Shown here: positions 27,890 to 39,789 of the stretch, piece after piece
Position numbering within the stretch: position 1 is the first letter of the stretch
Layout: each line of letters opens with the position of its first letter
The notes under the pieces: generated by a model
The model's database searches: none
Seen by the model: only the letters and a program-made list of their open reading frames with translations
What the model was told of the DNA's origin: nothing
Program-made: the position numbers and the translations under genes
Source: the human T2T-CHM13v2.0 reference genome, Homo sapiens
Length of the DNA stretch: 64,000 bases
NCBI RefSeq assembly: GCF_009914755.1
Contig: NC_060926.1
Reading direction: 5' to 3' (one strand)

Positions 27890-28619
27890 ACCGTTTTTAA
27901 AATGGATATCATTTACTGGAGATACACACAATTTGTCCTAAATTGTCCTAAAGACAGTGTCTTTTTATTTTCTTATTCTTAATGATAACGTTTACTTCGA
28001 AGGAGTTGGCAAATGAATCATTTAAACCAGTGACAATGTAAGTAACAACTTGAAGGAGAAGCAGAAGTTTAACCACTTTCATGGACCGATCCCTCACTAT
28101 TTGGACCAGATACTCATTCCTCCTCTGTGACCTCTAACCCCAGCATGCCTCCTGTCTGGAAGAGCCTTCCTTGCTGTTGGACCTAGGGGAGGAAAGAAAT
28201 TATCCCTCATCCTCATGCAGTGGCTCAGTGGAAGCAGCTGAAACTAGCAGGCCAATCTTTATTTCTCAGCTGAGGCCAGAGACCAAAATATTGAATTAGC
28301 CTTGTTTATATTTTGTGACAGTGTGCTGGCTTCTGTAGGACCGTGATCCAAGGATAGGCCCCCTGAAAACGGTACTCATTTAGCAGCCAGGGTAGGTCTT
28401 CCTACCAGCACCATCCAAGATGGTAACTCAGTAGGCCCAGACAAATCCTACTCTGCCACTAACCATCTCCATGCTCTGCCCAGATCCTTTCACCTACCTA
28501 AACCATGTTTTTATCCTTAAAACGGTCTCACAGCACTTGTTCTTCCTAGCTCACATTGTTGACACAGGGATCAGACAAGAGACAGGTTTGAAAATTCTTT
28601 GCAAACTGTCACAAGCTAG

Positions 28620-29100
28620 TCAGCTATGTCTGGGAACCTGTTTGGATAAATTAAAAGTGTGCCCAGCTATAATTAGCAAAATACCTCACAACCATGAAGC
28701 AAGAGTTAACTTTTCTCATGTAACACAGTGTGGGGTATGGGGCTGGTTTCTTCACTGGATGTCTGCAAAGACCCAGGCCACTTTGGTCTCTCCTTTGGCA
28801 TCCCTCATGCATTGGCTTGCCACCATAGCGTCACAAGGCCTGCAGGCCTCATAGCTGTGGTCTAAGCAGAAAGAAAGGTGAAGGGGCTGGAGCCTTTTCT
28901 CAAGAAATAGAAGCTTCTCCTAAAGCTTCCCTTCCTCTGATTCTTTCCCCCCATTATTTGACCTAGGTCACATGACCATTCTTGGCTGCAGAGGAGGCCA
29001 GGAAAGTTGGGTTGGGCCAATTGAGATTGGCTTATCAATCAGGATTCAATAGCTGTGTCCTCAAGAGTACATGATTCTAGTAACAAGGTAGAAAGGAAGA
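28620..29100 (-). mobile_element. Old MLT1 (J/K/L-type) MaLR LTR remnant
   Basis: taggtcacatgaccattcttggctgcagaggaggccaggaaag motif. Confidence 0.5.
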
Positions 29101-29974
29101 AAAATAAGTTTTATGACCACGGCTCCTTTACCTTCCGGTTTCTTTCTGTCAAAGTCACACAACACTTACATGGACAAAGGCAATGTAGGCAGTGGTCATA
29201 GAGATACAGGAGATAGTTTATGTCTTCCCAGGGCCCTGCTTTCCCCAGATGATGTGACTTGGTCTTTCAAAGGACTCCCACCATCAAAACTATTAACTCT
29301 TTTCATGTTGAGTACTTTTTCCTCACCTGTTTTTCCATTCCTGTTAGCCGGAGCAAAAGGGCCTCCAACTCCTCTTTTAGAGAGAAATGACTAATGCTCA
29401 TACTAGCAGATACCAGACGTGTCCAAGGAGGTACCTTGGGCTTAATTCCAGCAGTTCTCAACAGAGTCCACGTGGCATATGCTATACCCAGCATACCTAG
29501 CCTCTTCTGCCAGCCCTGCTTAGAAGGCCTTCAAACACGTTGTTTCCTGGCCTTGGCGTGGAGGGTCAGCCAGTGTACCAGTTTTCAGTGGATTGATATT
29601 CAGCTCCAAATTCATCGTTTCTAATTGCTCAGTGAAAACGGATCTGGCCCCTGGAAGTATGTTTTCTTTGGAGCTGGCACTAAAGTGTTGTCAGTAGAAG
29701 GTGTGGAAAGATGCTACAGGAGGAAGTGTTTTATATCTGGTTCCCAGGAAACTTCTTCTACAGCATCAGGATCCTGCCGCCCCAGCACTAGAAGTGGGGA
29801 GGTGGAGACCGTATTGGGGAGCAGAATGTGTGAGCTCAGGACTTTGTGACTGGGAGGCAGAGCCCATAGCAGGGTTCTCATCTTTTATAATTCTTCTCTG
29901 TCTGTGCTTTACCTTCCCCAGGGTCAGATCTACTTGACAAGGCACTCAGGAGTAGAAGTGTCTATCAAACCCGA

Positions 29975-30517
29975 GAGGCAGAATACAGTTAAGAGCATGG
30001 GCTTTAGAGACAGACCGGAATTTGTTTCCAAGCTGTGCCATTTACTCTCTCTGTGCTCTTTTACTGGACATTTAACTAATCTAAGTCTCAGTGTTCTCGA
30101 TCGTTAAATCAGAACACTAATCATATACAACTCACAGGGTTATCTGGATTACTTTTTTTTTTTTTTTTTGAGACAGAATCTCACTCTGTCGCCCAGGCTT
30201 GTGTACAGTGGCATGATCTCGGCTCACTGCCACCTGTGACTCCCGGGTTCAAGTGATTCTCCTGCCTCAGCCTCCCTAGTAGCTGGGATAACAGGCGTGC
30301 ACCACCATACCCAGCTAATTTTTGTATTTTTAATAGAGATGGGGTTTTGCCATGTTGGCCAGGCTGGTCTCAAACTCCTGACCTCAGGTGATGCACCTGC
30401 CTCAGTTTCCCAAAGTGCTGGGATCATAGGCATGAGCCATCGCGCCTGGCCTGGATTACCTGAAGTGATGATATGTGAGAGCATTCAGTGCAGTTCCTGG
30501 CACATAGTAATGATTAT
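29975..30517 (+). mobile_element. MIR interrupted by an Alu
   Basis: MIR 5' part (gttaagagcatgggcttt...ctcacagggtt) lies before the Alu and the 3' part (cctggcacatagtaa) after it. Confidence 0.75.
30153..30451 (-). mobile_element. Full-length Alu (AluSx-like), antisense
   Basis: T17 then gagacag...cgcgcctggcc. TSD tggattac at 30145-30152 and 30452-30459. Confidence 0.95.
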
Positions 30518-31399
30518 GTTGTGGCTGTGGTTGAGGCCCCCGGCTTTCAGTGGGTGATGGGACTGGATAATTTGAGTCCTTTCTACTCTAAATCCTCATG
30601 ATAACATGGATGTCTCAGGCCTTCTGGCTTTTTCTCCCACTTTGTCTTCTCCCCTGTTCTTCCCCACCTTTTGCTTATATCAGTTCTTTCTCCCTATGTC
30701 TACACTTTTGCTGTAATGAATTAACAGTTGTCTGATGAAACAGTTTCTAAATATTTTCTTAGTCCCTTGCAGAAACGTGTGTACTTTTGTTCTGCATATT
30801 TTATCATCTTGTGATGACTTGCTAGTATTCCCGTCTCCAAGATCAAATATTCCTTTCCAGCTTTGTTCTTTTAGGAATAAAATAAAGAAGTGTTATTGTG
30901 GCCAGTACCCAAAAGATAGGTGAGTCAGAGCTCAGGAATAGACACAGAGGTCTTAGTGTAAGCGATTTCTTGTCCTTGCTAGGAAACATCTGTAACTTCC
31001 AATGGCTTCCCTTTGCCAGCTGGATAAGGAGTTCAAAGAATTAAGTTTTAGGCAGGCACACCAGCAGATGGAGGCAGCCCGCCAGCACCTGCAAGCCCAG
31101 AGAAAGTGGTTCTGTGGGTGAGTGCTGCCTCTGATGGGACAGAGGTTTTTACCAGCGAGCGATCATGGCTGGACTGCAGGCGTTATGAGGGCAGGCACCC
31201 AGTGGTCTTACATTTGTATCCCTGGTGACTAGCTAGGCCTAGCCTCAGGAGGTACAAAATACATATTTCAAGAGAATAAAATGTGAACGTTTGGATGGAA
31301 GTCAGCCAGTCCTAGGAGCATGAAGTCTGTTTCATCCCCTCTTGATAAGAACTCTGGCATTTCTCATGGACAGGGACAAATCAAGTGGTTTGCATCTGA

Positions 31400-31625
31400 G
31401 AGCTGTGTTCTTGTGGCGAAAGGATTAGGCCATGGCTCTGCACTTGTTCTGATTCTGTCACTTGGCCTGTGGCCTTGGGCATATTTTAACTTGTGTCAAC
31501 CCAGTTTTCTCACCTGTAAAACAAGAATGACATGAACAGTGCTTGGGTCATAGGGCTGTAGAGGTGAGATGACGCATGTCAAAAAGTGCATAGTATAGTG
31601 TCTGGCATGTAGTAAGTTCCCAAGA
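31400..31625 (+). mobile_element. MIR
   Basis: ccttgggcatattttaac...cagttttctcacctgtaaaa...tctggcatgtagtaag. Confidence 0.65.
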
Positions 31626-31989
31626 AAGGTTTGCTTGGAGATTCCTTTCCCTAAGACAAGGAGCGTGTTGTTCAGACTTAGAGATTTTTAGCACTAAGGG
31701 TTTAAGAGGTCATTTTCTGGTCCAGACTCTCCCCATCCTGAATTTCATATGTTAAACAGGCATAATACTTACCTCATGGGATTGTGGAAAGAAATAAGCT
31801 AGAAATACGCACGTGGCATAGTTTCTTCTGGAGCATAGTAAATATTCAAATGGTAGTTACTATCTTTTATTTGCACCACATACTTATTGCACTGAAGTTA
31901 GCCTTTTAACGGAAAACAGTGGTGTCAGTCTGGCCCAGCTTTATGCTGTTGTTAGAATGCAAGTGCACCCTTTCTGGCCTGTTGTGATG

Positions 31990-32150
31990 CAAGTGGAGTG
32001 GTTAAGAAAAAGGGACATGGATTATAGGCAGACCCTCTCCCTCTCCCCTTGCCACCCAGCCTTGCAGTCTTGGGCAAGCCACTTGTCTCTGTGAGCTTCC
32101 GTTTCTTCATCTGTTACCCGGCAGGTTCACTGTGAAGCTCTCATGAGAGA
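31990..32150 (+). mobile_element. MIR fragment
   Basis: gagtggttaaga...cttgggcaagccactt...gtttcttcatctgt. Confidence 0.6.
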
Positions 32151-32336
32151 AGAGTATAAATACTGATACCATGTTGGAATGGTAGCCCTCATTTTTCTGA
32201 TTATATCTTAATTTAGTATTACTTTCACTGTCCTGCTTATGGTCAGATATTGTCCTGTTTAGCTCTCTTATTTCTGCCCACCCAAGCCAAGTTGGTTATA
32301 TTCAATTTGTAACTTAACAGAGCGCAAGAACCTGGT

Positions 32337-32460
32337 TTCATTCATTGACAGTACATACAACTGTAGAGCAGACACTGTTGTAAGGTTTGGTAATGAAAGA
32401 GTAAACACGTTGTATGCTTGCCTTTATGGATCTGATACTCTAAAGAGGAAAAAGAAGGTA
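32337..32460 (-). mobile_element. L2 3' fragment
   Basis: ttcattcatt...cagacactgttgtaagg, antisense L2 end. Confidence 0.45.
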
Positions 32461-32702
32461 ATACACCATTAAATTCATACATAGTGCAGTGATATGTTCT
32501 ATGAAAAATAAACGTAGAGAAACAGAATGACAGAAGTTGCCCCCCTTTCTTGCTCTTTTTAAAATCCACCTACCTCCCCCCATCCCAAATTCCGATGAAG
32601 TCCTTGCATATAGAAGAGCCCATGCAATCATTTGTGGAAATGAATTCTGAACTCTTTGAATCATGGGAAGATTGAATTTTGCCTGATTATAATGACTATT
32701 AT

Positions 32703-32866
32703 AGCTGGGTATGGTGGTGTGTTCCTTCAGTCACAGCTACTTGAGAAGATGAGGTAAGAGGATTGCTTGAAGCCAGGACGATTGCTTGTATTGTAGTTAG
32801 CCATCATCATGTTTGTGAATGCACTCCACTGCACTCCAGCCTGGGCAGCATAGCAAGACCTGTCTC
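32703..32866 (+). mobile_element. FAM (fossil Alu monomer, 7SL-derived)
   Basis: Monomer with the FAM-diagnostic tgtgaat...ccactgcactccagcctgggca(g/a)catagcaagacc. Confidence 0.8.
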
Positions 32867-32938
<72 letters not shown>

Positions 32939-32955
32939 GATAAGATAAGATAGAT

Positions 32956-33010
<55 letters not shown>

Positions 33011-33230
33011 CCTGGGCAACATAGCAAGACCTGTCTGGTAGGTAGGTAGGTAGGTAGAGAGATAGACTGACCAGACAGACAGACAGACCAGACAGACAGA
33101 CAGACAGACAGACAGATAGATAGATAGATAGCACTCCAGCCTGGGCAACATAGCAAGACCTGTCTCTAAAATAGATAGACAGACAGACAGACAAACAGGA
33201 GAGATTAGCCAGAGAGAGATTAGATAGAAT
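32867..33230 (+). repeat. Compound STR: (ATAG)17(ATAAG)3..(ATAG)13, (GGTA)5, (GACA)n, (GATA)n, containing duplicated FAM 3' ends
   Basis: Read directly from the sequence. Confidence 0.97.
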
Positions 33231-33616
33231 CATTATAGTTCCAGGAAAGGGTGGTTGGCTTCCTACTTTCCATGGAAATGCAAACAGTTTTCCAAAATCC
33301 TGCCCAGGCTCTTAAATGCAAGTCTTAGTCTTAGCTTCTTCAAATTTTGTAATTGGCTTTTGTGGACTTGGTCTTTAGGTTTGTTCTCTAAATCATTTCA
33401 ATTTGTAATTCTTTAGAAGTTGATTTTTAGCTGCTTCCTGGACCCTGCTTAAGCATGAACATAGGTTTTTTATGGTAAAAATACATTTGAAATGTATATT
33501 CTTAATAAAAACAAAAATTATTTTTCTAATAGAGCCTGGTTATATGAAACAAGTTTGGGTTTTCAGGAATTGAGAAGTGTCTGACCCCATTCTTAATGCT
33601 ACCCCTGGAGCTTTGC

Positions 33617-33946
33617 TATGGTTCTCAGCCAAGCTGTTGCTCTTTGGAATCACCCGGAGAGCCATTAAAACCCCAGTGATGGCCAGGTACAGTGGCTCAC
33701 ATCTGTAATCCCAGCACGTTGGGAGGCCAAAGCAGGAGGGTCACTTGAAGCCAGGAGTTTGAGGCTGTAGTGAGCTATGATCATGCCGCTATACTCCAGC
33801 CTGGGCAACAGCAATACCCTGTCTAAAAAAAAAAAATAAAGTCTTAGTGCCCAGGCCCAGCCCCAGATCAGTAGATCAGATCTCTGACATTGTGATAGAA
33901 GCTCCCCAGGTGATTATAATATGCAACAAAGGTTGAAAACTGCTGT
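33617..33946. mobile_element. MER5A interrupted by an Alu monomer
   Basis: ggttctcag...ggaatcacccggagagc before the insert; aagctccccaggtgatt...ggttgaaaactgctg after it. Confidence 0.7.
33681..33840 (+). mobile_element. Alu monomer (FRAM-like or internally deleted AluJ)
   Basis: A left-arm-type 5' end (tgtaatcccagcac) runs directly into a right-arm-type 3' end (gaggctgtagtgagctatgat...cctgggcaaca), followed by an A tail. Confidence 0.85.
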
Positions 33947-34439
33947 TCTGGAGACTTTTCTATTGTGTCGAAATAGGAAGACTGAGGCTGCCCAGAATGC
34001 TTCTTTAAAGAGTGTTTTTCAAATATCGTGTGCCTGAAAATCATGGGTGGAACTCGTCAAAAGCAGTACCACCCTTAGGGATTTGGCTACAGTAAAGCTA
34101 AATATAGGGCCTTAGGAACACGAGTATTCTAGGTGATTTGATACAGGTAGTGGAGGAACCAAACTTAGGTAGAGCTTTTAAGCCTGTACCTCCCCAGCTA
34201 ATTCTTGGGCGTTCCAGGATTGAACACTACTGTGAAGGTTTGGGAGTAGACCAGAAGATCTCTTGGTGGACTTCTACTTCTCAAAGTCCTGGTTGCCTAC
34301 TTCTACCATTTCCTTTGTCAGACCTGCTGAGGCCAACAGCCCACTGAACATTGGGGCGGCCAGACTGCTCCCAACAGATACCATGAATTTCTGCACCCAC
34401 AGCTTGAGCTGTGTGCACATCAAATGTTGAGAGAGTTTA

Positions 34440-34760
34440 CTACCAAACCTGTTTATGCCACATATTTGTGTTGTAATTATGTAGTATCATTAACACATAA
34501 ACTGATGAAATATAAATGTGAAAAGTAAGAGCACGCACTTCTATATAAACTTAGTTGGTAGCTTTGGAAAGATTTGATAGAGGTGAGTCCTTTTAAAATA
34601 TTGCTGTTAAATTTGGGGTAGTCAAGGTACCAGTAAAATAATGGGGAAGTTCACAAAAATGTGGAGCCTGCATTTAACTTGCTCTGCAAGTATTTTTACA
34701 CTTACCTGACATTTTAAAGAGATTTCAGAGACAGCGTTATAGTTTTATGGTAAAATGTTC
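34440..34760 (+). mobile_element. Tigger (TcMar) transposase 5' remnant
   Basis: gctttggaaagatttgatagaggtgagtc...attgctgttaaatt resembles the decayed N-terminal HTH-coding region of old Tigger elements. Confidence 0.5.
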
Positions 34761-35216
34761 GTGATATATGGGTATCACTTTTTACTTTGCCTGCATCAGA
34801 GGATTTTTTCTATTAGTTCATCACCTATTTCTCCCTCTTCTGAATAAAAAACAATGAGCAATGATATCTGCTGTGGTTAGGTCAGACTGCTGTGATTAGC
34901 CATTAACATACTCACCTGAGCATTTAATTTTCTGCTTATTATTTAAACAATACACAATTTAATGAACTTTGTATTTTTCTTATAAAACGCCAAATGCCTC
35001 CAATTTAAATCAAGCACTGAAAGGAGAGTATTAGTCAAGTACTTTATTACTAATCTAGCTATTGAACTGTACTTCATTGAAAGATTTGCTTTTGAAATTG
35101 TTTTGTTCCTGCTGGCTGCCCCAGGCTGTTTTAAATACTGCTGTTGTCCACTTCTGCAGCTGGTATCCACTTGTTTTTATATTAATAATACAGGGATTAA
35201 TCTCAAAGCTCTAAAT

Positions 35217-35800
35217 CAGTAGTTCACAAACTGCAGCCCACATACCTGTCACCTGTTTTTGTATAGCCAATGAGCTAAGCATTTTTTTTTTTTTTTGAGA
35301 CAGTCTCACTGTGTCGCCCAGGCTGGAGTGCAGTGGCACGATCTTGGCTCACTGCAAGCTCCGCCTCCTGGGTTCACACCATTCTCCTGCCTCAGGCGCC
35401 CACCACCATGCCCGGCTAATTTTTTGTATTTTTTAGTAGAGACGGGGTTTTACCGTGTTAGCCAGGATGGTCTTTATATCCTGACCTCGTCACCGCCTGC
35501 CTCGGCCTCCCAAAGTGCTGGGATTACAGGTGTCAGCCACCACGCCTGGCCGCTAAGCATGGTTTTTATGTTTTTAAACTATTGAGAAAGAATCAAAAGA
35601 AGGGTATATTGGACATAAAAATTTTATGTAATTCACATTTCAATGTCCCATAAAGTTTCAGTGGGACACATCTAAGGTCATTTGTTTACTACTGTCTGTG
35701 GCTGCTTTTGAGCATCAGTGGTAGAGTTGAGTACCATAGGGACCTCATGGTACACAAAGACTAAAATATTTATTATCCGGCCCTTGAAAAAAAAAAAAAA
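35217..35800. mobile_element. MER58B interrupted by AluY
   Basis: cctgtttttgtatagccaatgagctaag...ggtttttatgttttta...gtggctgctttt...aaaatatttattatccggccctt. Confidence 0.8.
35283..35551 (-). mobile_element. AluY, antisense, with an internal 24-nt deletion
   Basis: Y diagnostics actgcaagctccgcc, accgtgttagccaggatgg and cctgacctcgt. TSD gctaagcat at 35274-35282 and 35552-35560. Confidence 0.93.
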
Positions 35801-38054
35801 GTCATCATCCTCTCATCCAGATGTACGCTGTGCCCAAGTCCTAGGCCTTTTCTCTCTCTCTCTCCGGGCATACAATGCTCTTGCCCCTACAAGTTCCTTC
35901 CTGTCCACTATCCTTTTTGATTGAGGGTTTGTTTGGAAACTGCCTTTGAAAGTAAATGTGTTGAATGTAACTGGTTCAGTTTTTCAGGGTTCTTTCTTCA
36001 CCGGCTTCATTGGAGCCAATCCCCTTTGTACATAAGAACCAAACTCCTAGTTCTTACTAGAACTGTGAACCACAAAATATTAGTAAAACAAAGTCTCAGT
36101 TAAAAAAAATATGGATTCTTTATAACTATTTGATTTTTACAATTACACATTTAACTTAAATTTCTCAAGTTCACATTTGATGGCACCAGAAGTACACTTA
36201 CCTTTCGGAAGTTTGGTGTACAAGCATTTATGCTATATCATGATATCTGCATTTCTGAAAAATCTTGAAAACTACAGATTCAAAGTGATAGAATTTATGA
36301 TAAAAGTAAGGGCCAAACCACTGCAAATCAAATCTACACATTTTTGAACAACAGCAGTTATAAAAATAACAATCCAAATAAAAATGGTAGAGTGAAAACA
36401 TTTAAAAGCTAAAAAGCAAATACTATAGTAAATATACAACTTTACCTTTAAAAAGGTCAAATTAGCATGCTGGGGGTGGGAATGGTTTGAGGCTACTTTT
36501 AGTTTAGAGAAAGAAGGGTAAGATGCACCTGACCTTTCCTGATGGAAGAGAACTCCACAGAAGCATGTCCATGGAAGAGCCATGGCTACACATACTGGGC
36601 TGGAAACTAGTCATGGTATACAGTACTATACCCTCTGCAGATTACTACCTGTAGCTGAGTAAATGTATCTTATATTAAGCTGCTGTTATTGATTCTACAA
36701 AATAATAATGTGCTGGAGAAAAATGGTTATGAACCAAAGTGACTTACATGTTCTGTTTACATCATTTCCTACTTATCCTTCGTCTATGAGATAATTGACA
36801 TTAGAGAAACACACATTTTAGCAGAACCCACTGTACTTCTTTCTTCATTCTCTGAGTCTATCTCTCCAAGTACTGCTATGCATTAAACAGCAATAGCAGC
36901 AAAACCTGCCTCATAATAACCAGCAAAAAATCAAGCAGATATCAAATAAGCATTAAAAATTTCAGGTCAGCATTTATGTCAAGACAGCATGTATATACCA
37001 CAATATATATTAAATCCAAAGAGAAGGAAGAATAAAAGTGTGACTAGAATGTCCTTAGTCACTTAATCCTTCTTGTGCCATCAAAAGCCCCTCACTCCCT
37101 CGCTATGGCTCCTGACTTCAGAAGCCCTCAGCTGCTGATTGAGTAGACCTGGGGTGTTCAATCACAAGTGGAGGGCAGAGGACAACATAGTTTTTAATGC
37201 CACCAAAATTCGAGGTAGTAAGGTAAGTATGGTTTTTAAAAGGTACACACGTAAGGTTGGATATTTATAAATACATACGAAACATACATAGGGCATGACA
37301 ATTAAAAAATGAAAAGTTTTGACAATATGACACTAGGGAAACATAAAGCCACTGAAGATAATATTGGGTATTTTTGGGAGGAGGAAGAAATGCAGATGAT
37401 TAGGCTTGATAAATGCTTATTGAAAGGAAGATCGATTTAGCAGGGTTTTTTTGTTTGTTTTTACTTAGGGCATATAAAATAAGGTCATATTGGTTCTAAT
37501 AGAGTGGGGAAATATGGAACAACTAAAAAGCTGTGCTAATCAACAGCAAAATCTCAGATGGTGAGATAAGATGTAAGAAGCACCTTGTTATCCGGCGGAA
37601 CCACAACACAGTAAGCACTGGGGACATTTTGATCCGGTGACAAATTCTCAAAAAGGTGTCAGGGTAAAAATTTTGATGCAGAGTAAAATAATGTGTTATT
37701 TTAAGGTGTGCGAAATTAGCTTGCAGTTGGACCATGGAAAAATCACTTAAGCATCAGGATGAGAAGCTGTCAGAGGCAAAATACGAAATATTTGAACCAA
37801 CCATTGATAGGAAAAGCAAAAAACAGGAATGATGTCAGAGAAGTTAGAAGAAATGTCGTTTAAACAAGAGACTACATAGAAAAAAATCAAATGTTGGCAT
37901 TAAAATTTCCGGTAGTCAGAACATGCAAATGGGTTGGTGTATCAAATTAAGAATTACATTCAAATGTGAATATTAGATTAAACCGTAAAATAAAAAAATC
38001 TCTTAAAGAATTTCCTTTTTCTCTTAAAATAGATAAGTAAATCGCACTGCTTTA

Positions 38055-38390
38055 GTGGTCTGTTATTAGGGACTCCAGCTGCTTCTGTCTTTCAACTGTC
38101 ATCTTAGTAATTGCATCTGCCCTCAGAGGCACTCTTGGTCCAAGATGGCTGCTGAAGCTCTAGCCATTAGGGCCTCAATTCACTTAGGAGGCAAAAGCAA
38201 GAAGTGAAGGATAAAAGAGTGTGTGTTTCTCTGCTGAGGCAGCCCCCTCTAAAGAGCTTTCTCTGAAGCTGTGTCTAGTCTTTAGCTACTCCTAGTTACT
38301 AGGGAGATTAGGAAATTTCAACTACTATTGCTGCCCCAAGAAAAAGTGAGATTCTGTTCATAAGGAAAAGGGGATATCTTTGCATTAGAT
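38055..38390 (-). mobile_element. MLT1J/K-type MaLR LTR remnant
   Basis: ggtccaagatggctgctgaagctctagccatt...ctagttactagggag...gattctgtt. Confidence 0.6.
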
Positions 38391-38513
38391 AAAGGGGTAG
38401 AGAAGTAGTTCTATATGCTTAGGAAATATGTATATATGGGATATCTCAAAATAAGGAAAAGTTGGAGTGAAGATTAAAATAGAAAATAACAAAATGTTAA
38501 CACACTAAGACTA

Positions 38514-38926
<413 letters not shown>

Positions 38927-38959
38927 ACCAAACCAGCACAGAAACTAGATTTCATAGAG

Positions 38960-39160
38960 TATTGGTTAAGAACTGTGTTCCAATCCTGGTTCTATCGGCT
39001 AACTTATTAGAGGACTAGAGGACCTTAAGCAAGTTTCTGGGCCTGAGTTTGTCTGTCTGTAAAGCAGAAACAGGAGTCTATTCTACCTAAGATCGTTGTA
39101 AGGATTAGCTGGAATGAGGCAAGTAAAGTCTTCCTACAGAGCTGAGCACACAGGAGGCAA
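38960..39160 (+). mobile_element. MIR
   Basis: ggttaagaact...aatcctggttct...accttaagcaagtt...tctgtaaa...gttgtaaggattag. Confidence 0.6.
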
Positions 39161-39789
39161 CATGCCCACTAACATGGCTGAGCCATTTTCCGCTAGAAGT
39201 TCCTGCAGCTGGTAACAAAACACCTAGCAAGCTCTTGCTGCATGCTACCTCATGTTGGAGGGAAGGAGAAGAATCATCATTCTAATGACTTGGTTCTGAA
39301 CAGCACAAAAGAGTTTGGTGAAGGGGAACAAAAAAAGACACGAATATTGGGAGAAAGCTGCCCATTTATAGCCACAGATGGTTGAGTATTCAAATGTGTA
39401 CCCAAGAGCTCCAAAGTGCAGTGATGGGAATTTGCCTCTCAACAGAAGACTAAGAATGGAGACCTCCAATGGAAGGTGACTTATAAGGTGATTGTTAAAG
39501 AATCAGGGTACTTTCCACATGTAATTCTTTGATGACAGCTCTTCCAATAATGAGAAGTCAGGAGACTCCAAAATCTCCAGCTAAAATTCATGGGGATCAG
39601 AGCCTTGGATTTTAGAAGGATGCACAAAAGATGAGTAGAAGGGAGGCACAGAACTAACATGGAAGGTCCCTAAAGCTCAAAATTGCCACCTCTTCCCAAA
39701 AAGTCAAGGACAATGAAAAAGAAAGTGTTCTTTCTCTCCACTTTGAGTATTTGAAAGCTTTTCTCAGAATAAACTGTGATGACTCTTTT

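Noticed and set aside
30153-30300. Exonisation of the antisense Alu (T17-GAGACAG acceptor)
   Set aside because: The usual internal donor reads CAG|GCGTGC, which is weak. Nothing in the sequence indicates use.
32797-33233. ORFs rich in YLSI/CLSV, and three repeats with spacers superficially like a CRISPR array
   Set aside because: The ORFs are translations of GATA/GACA microsatellites. The repeats are FAM 3' ends and the spacers are simple repeats.
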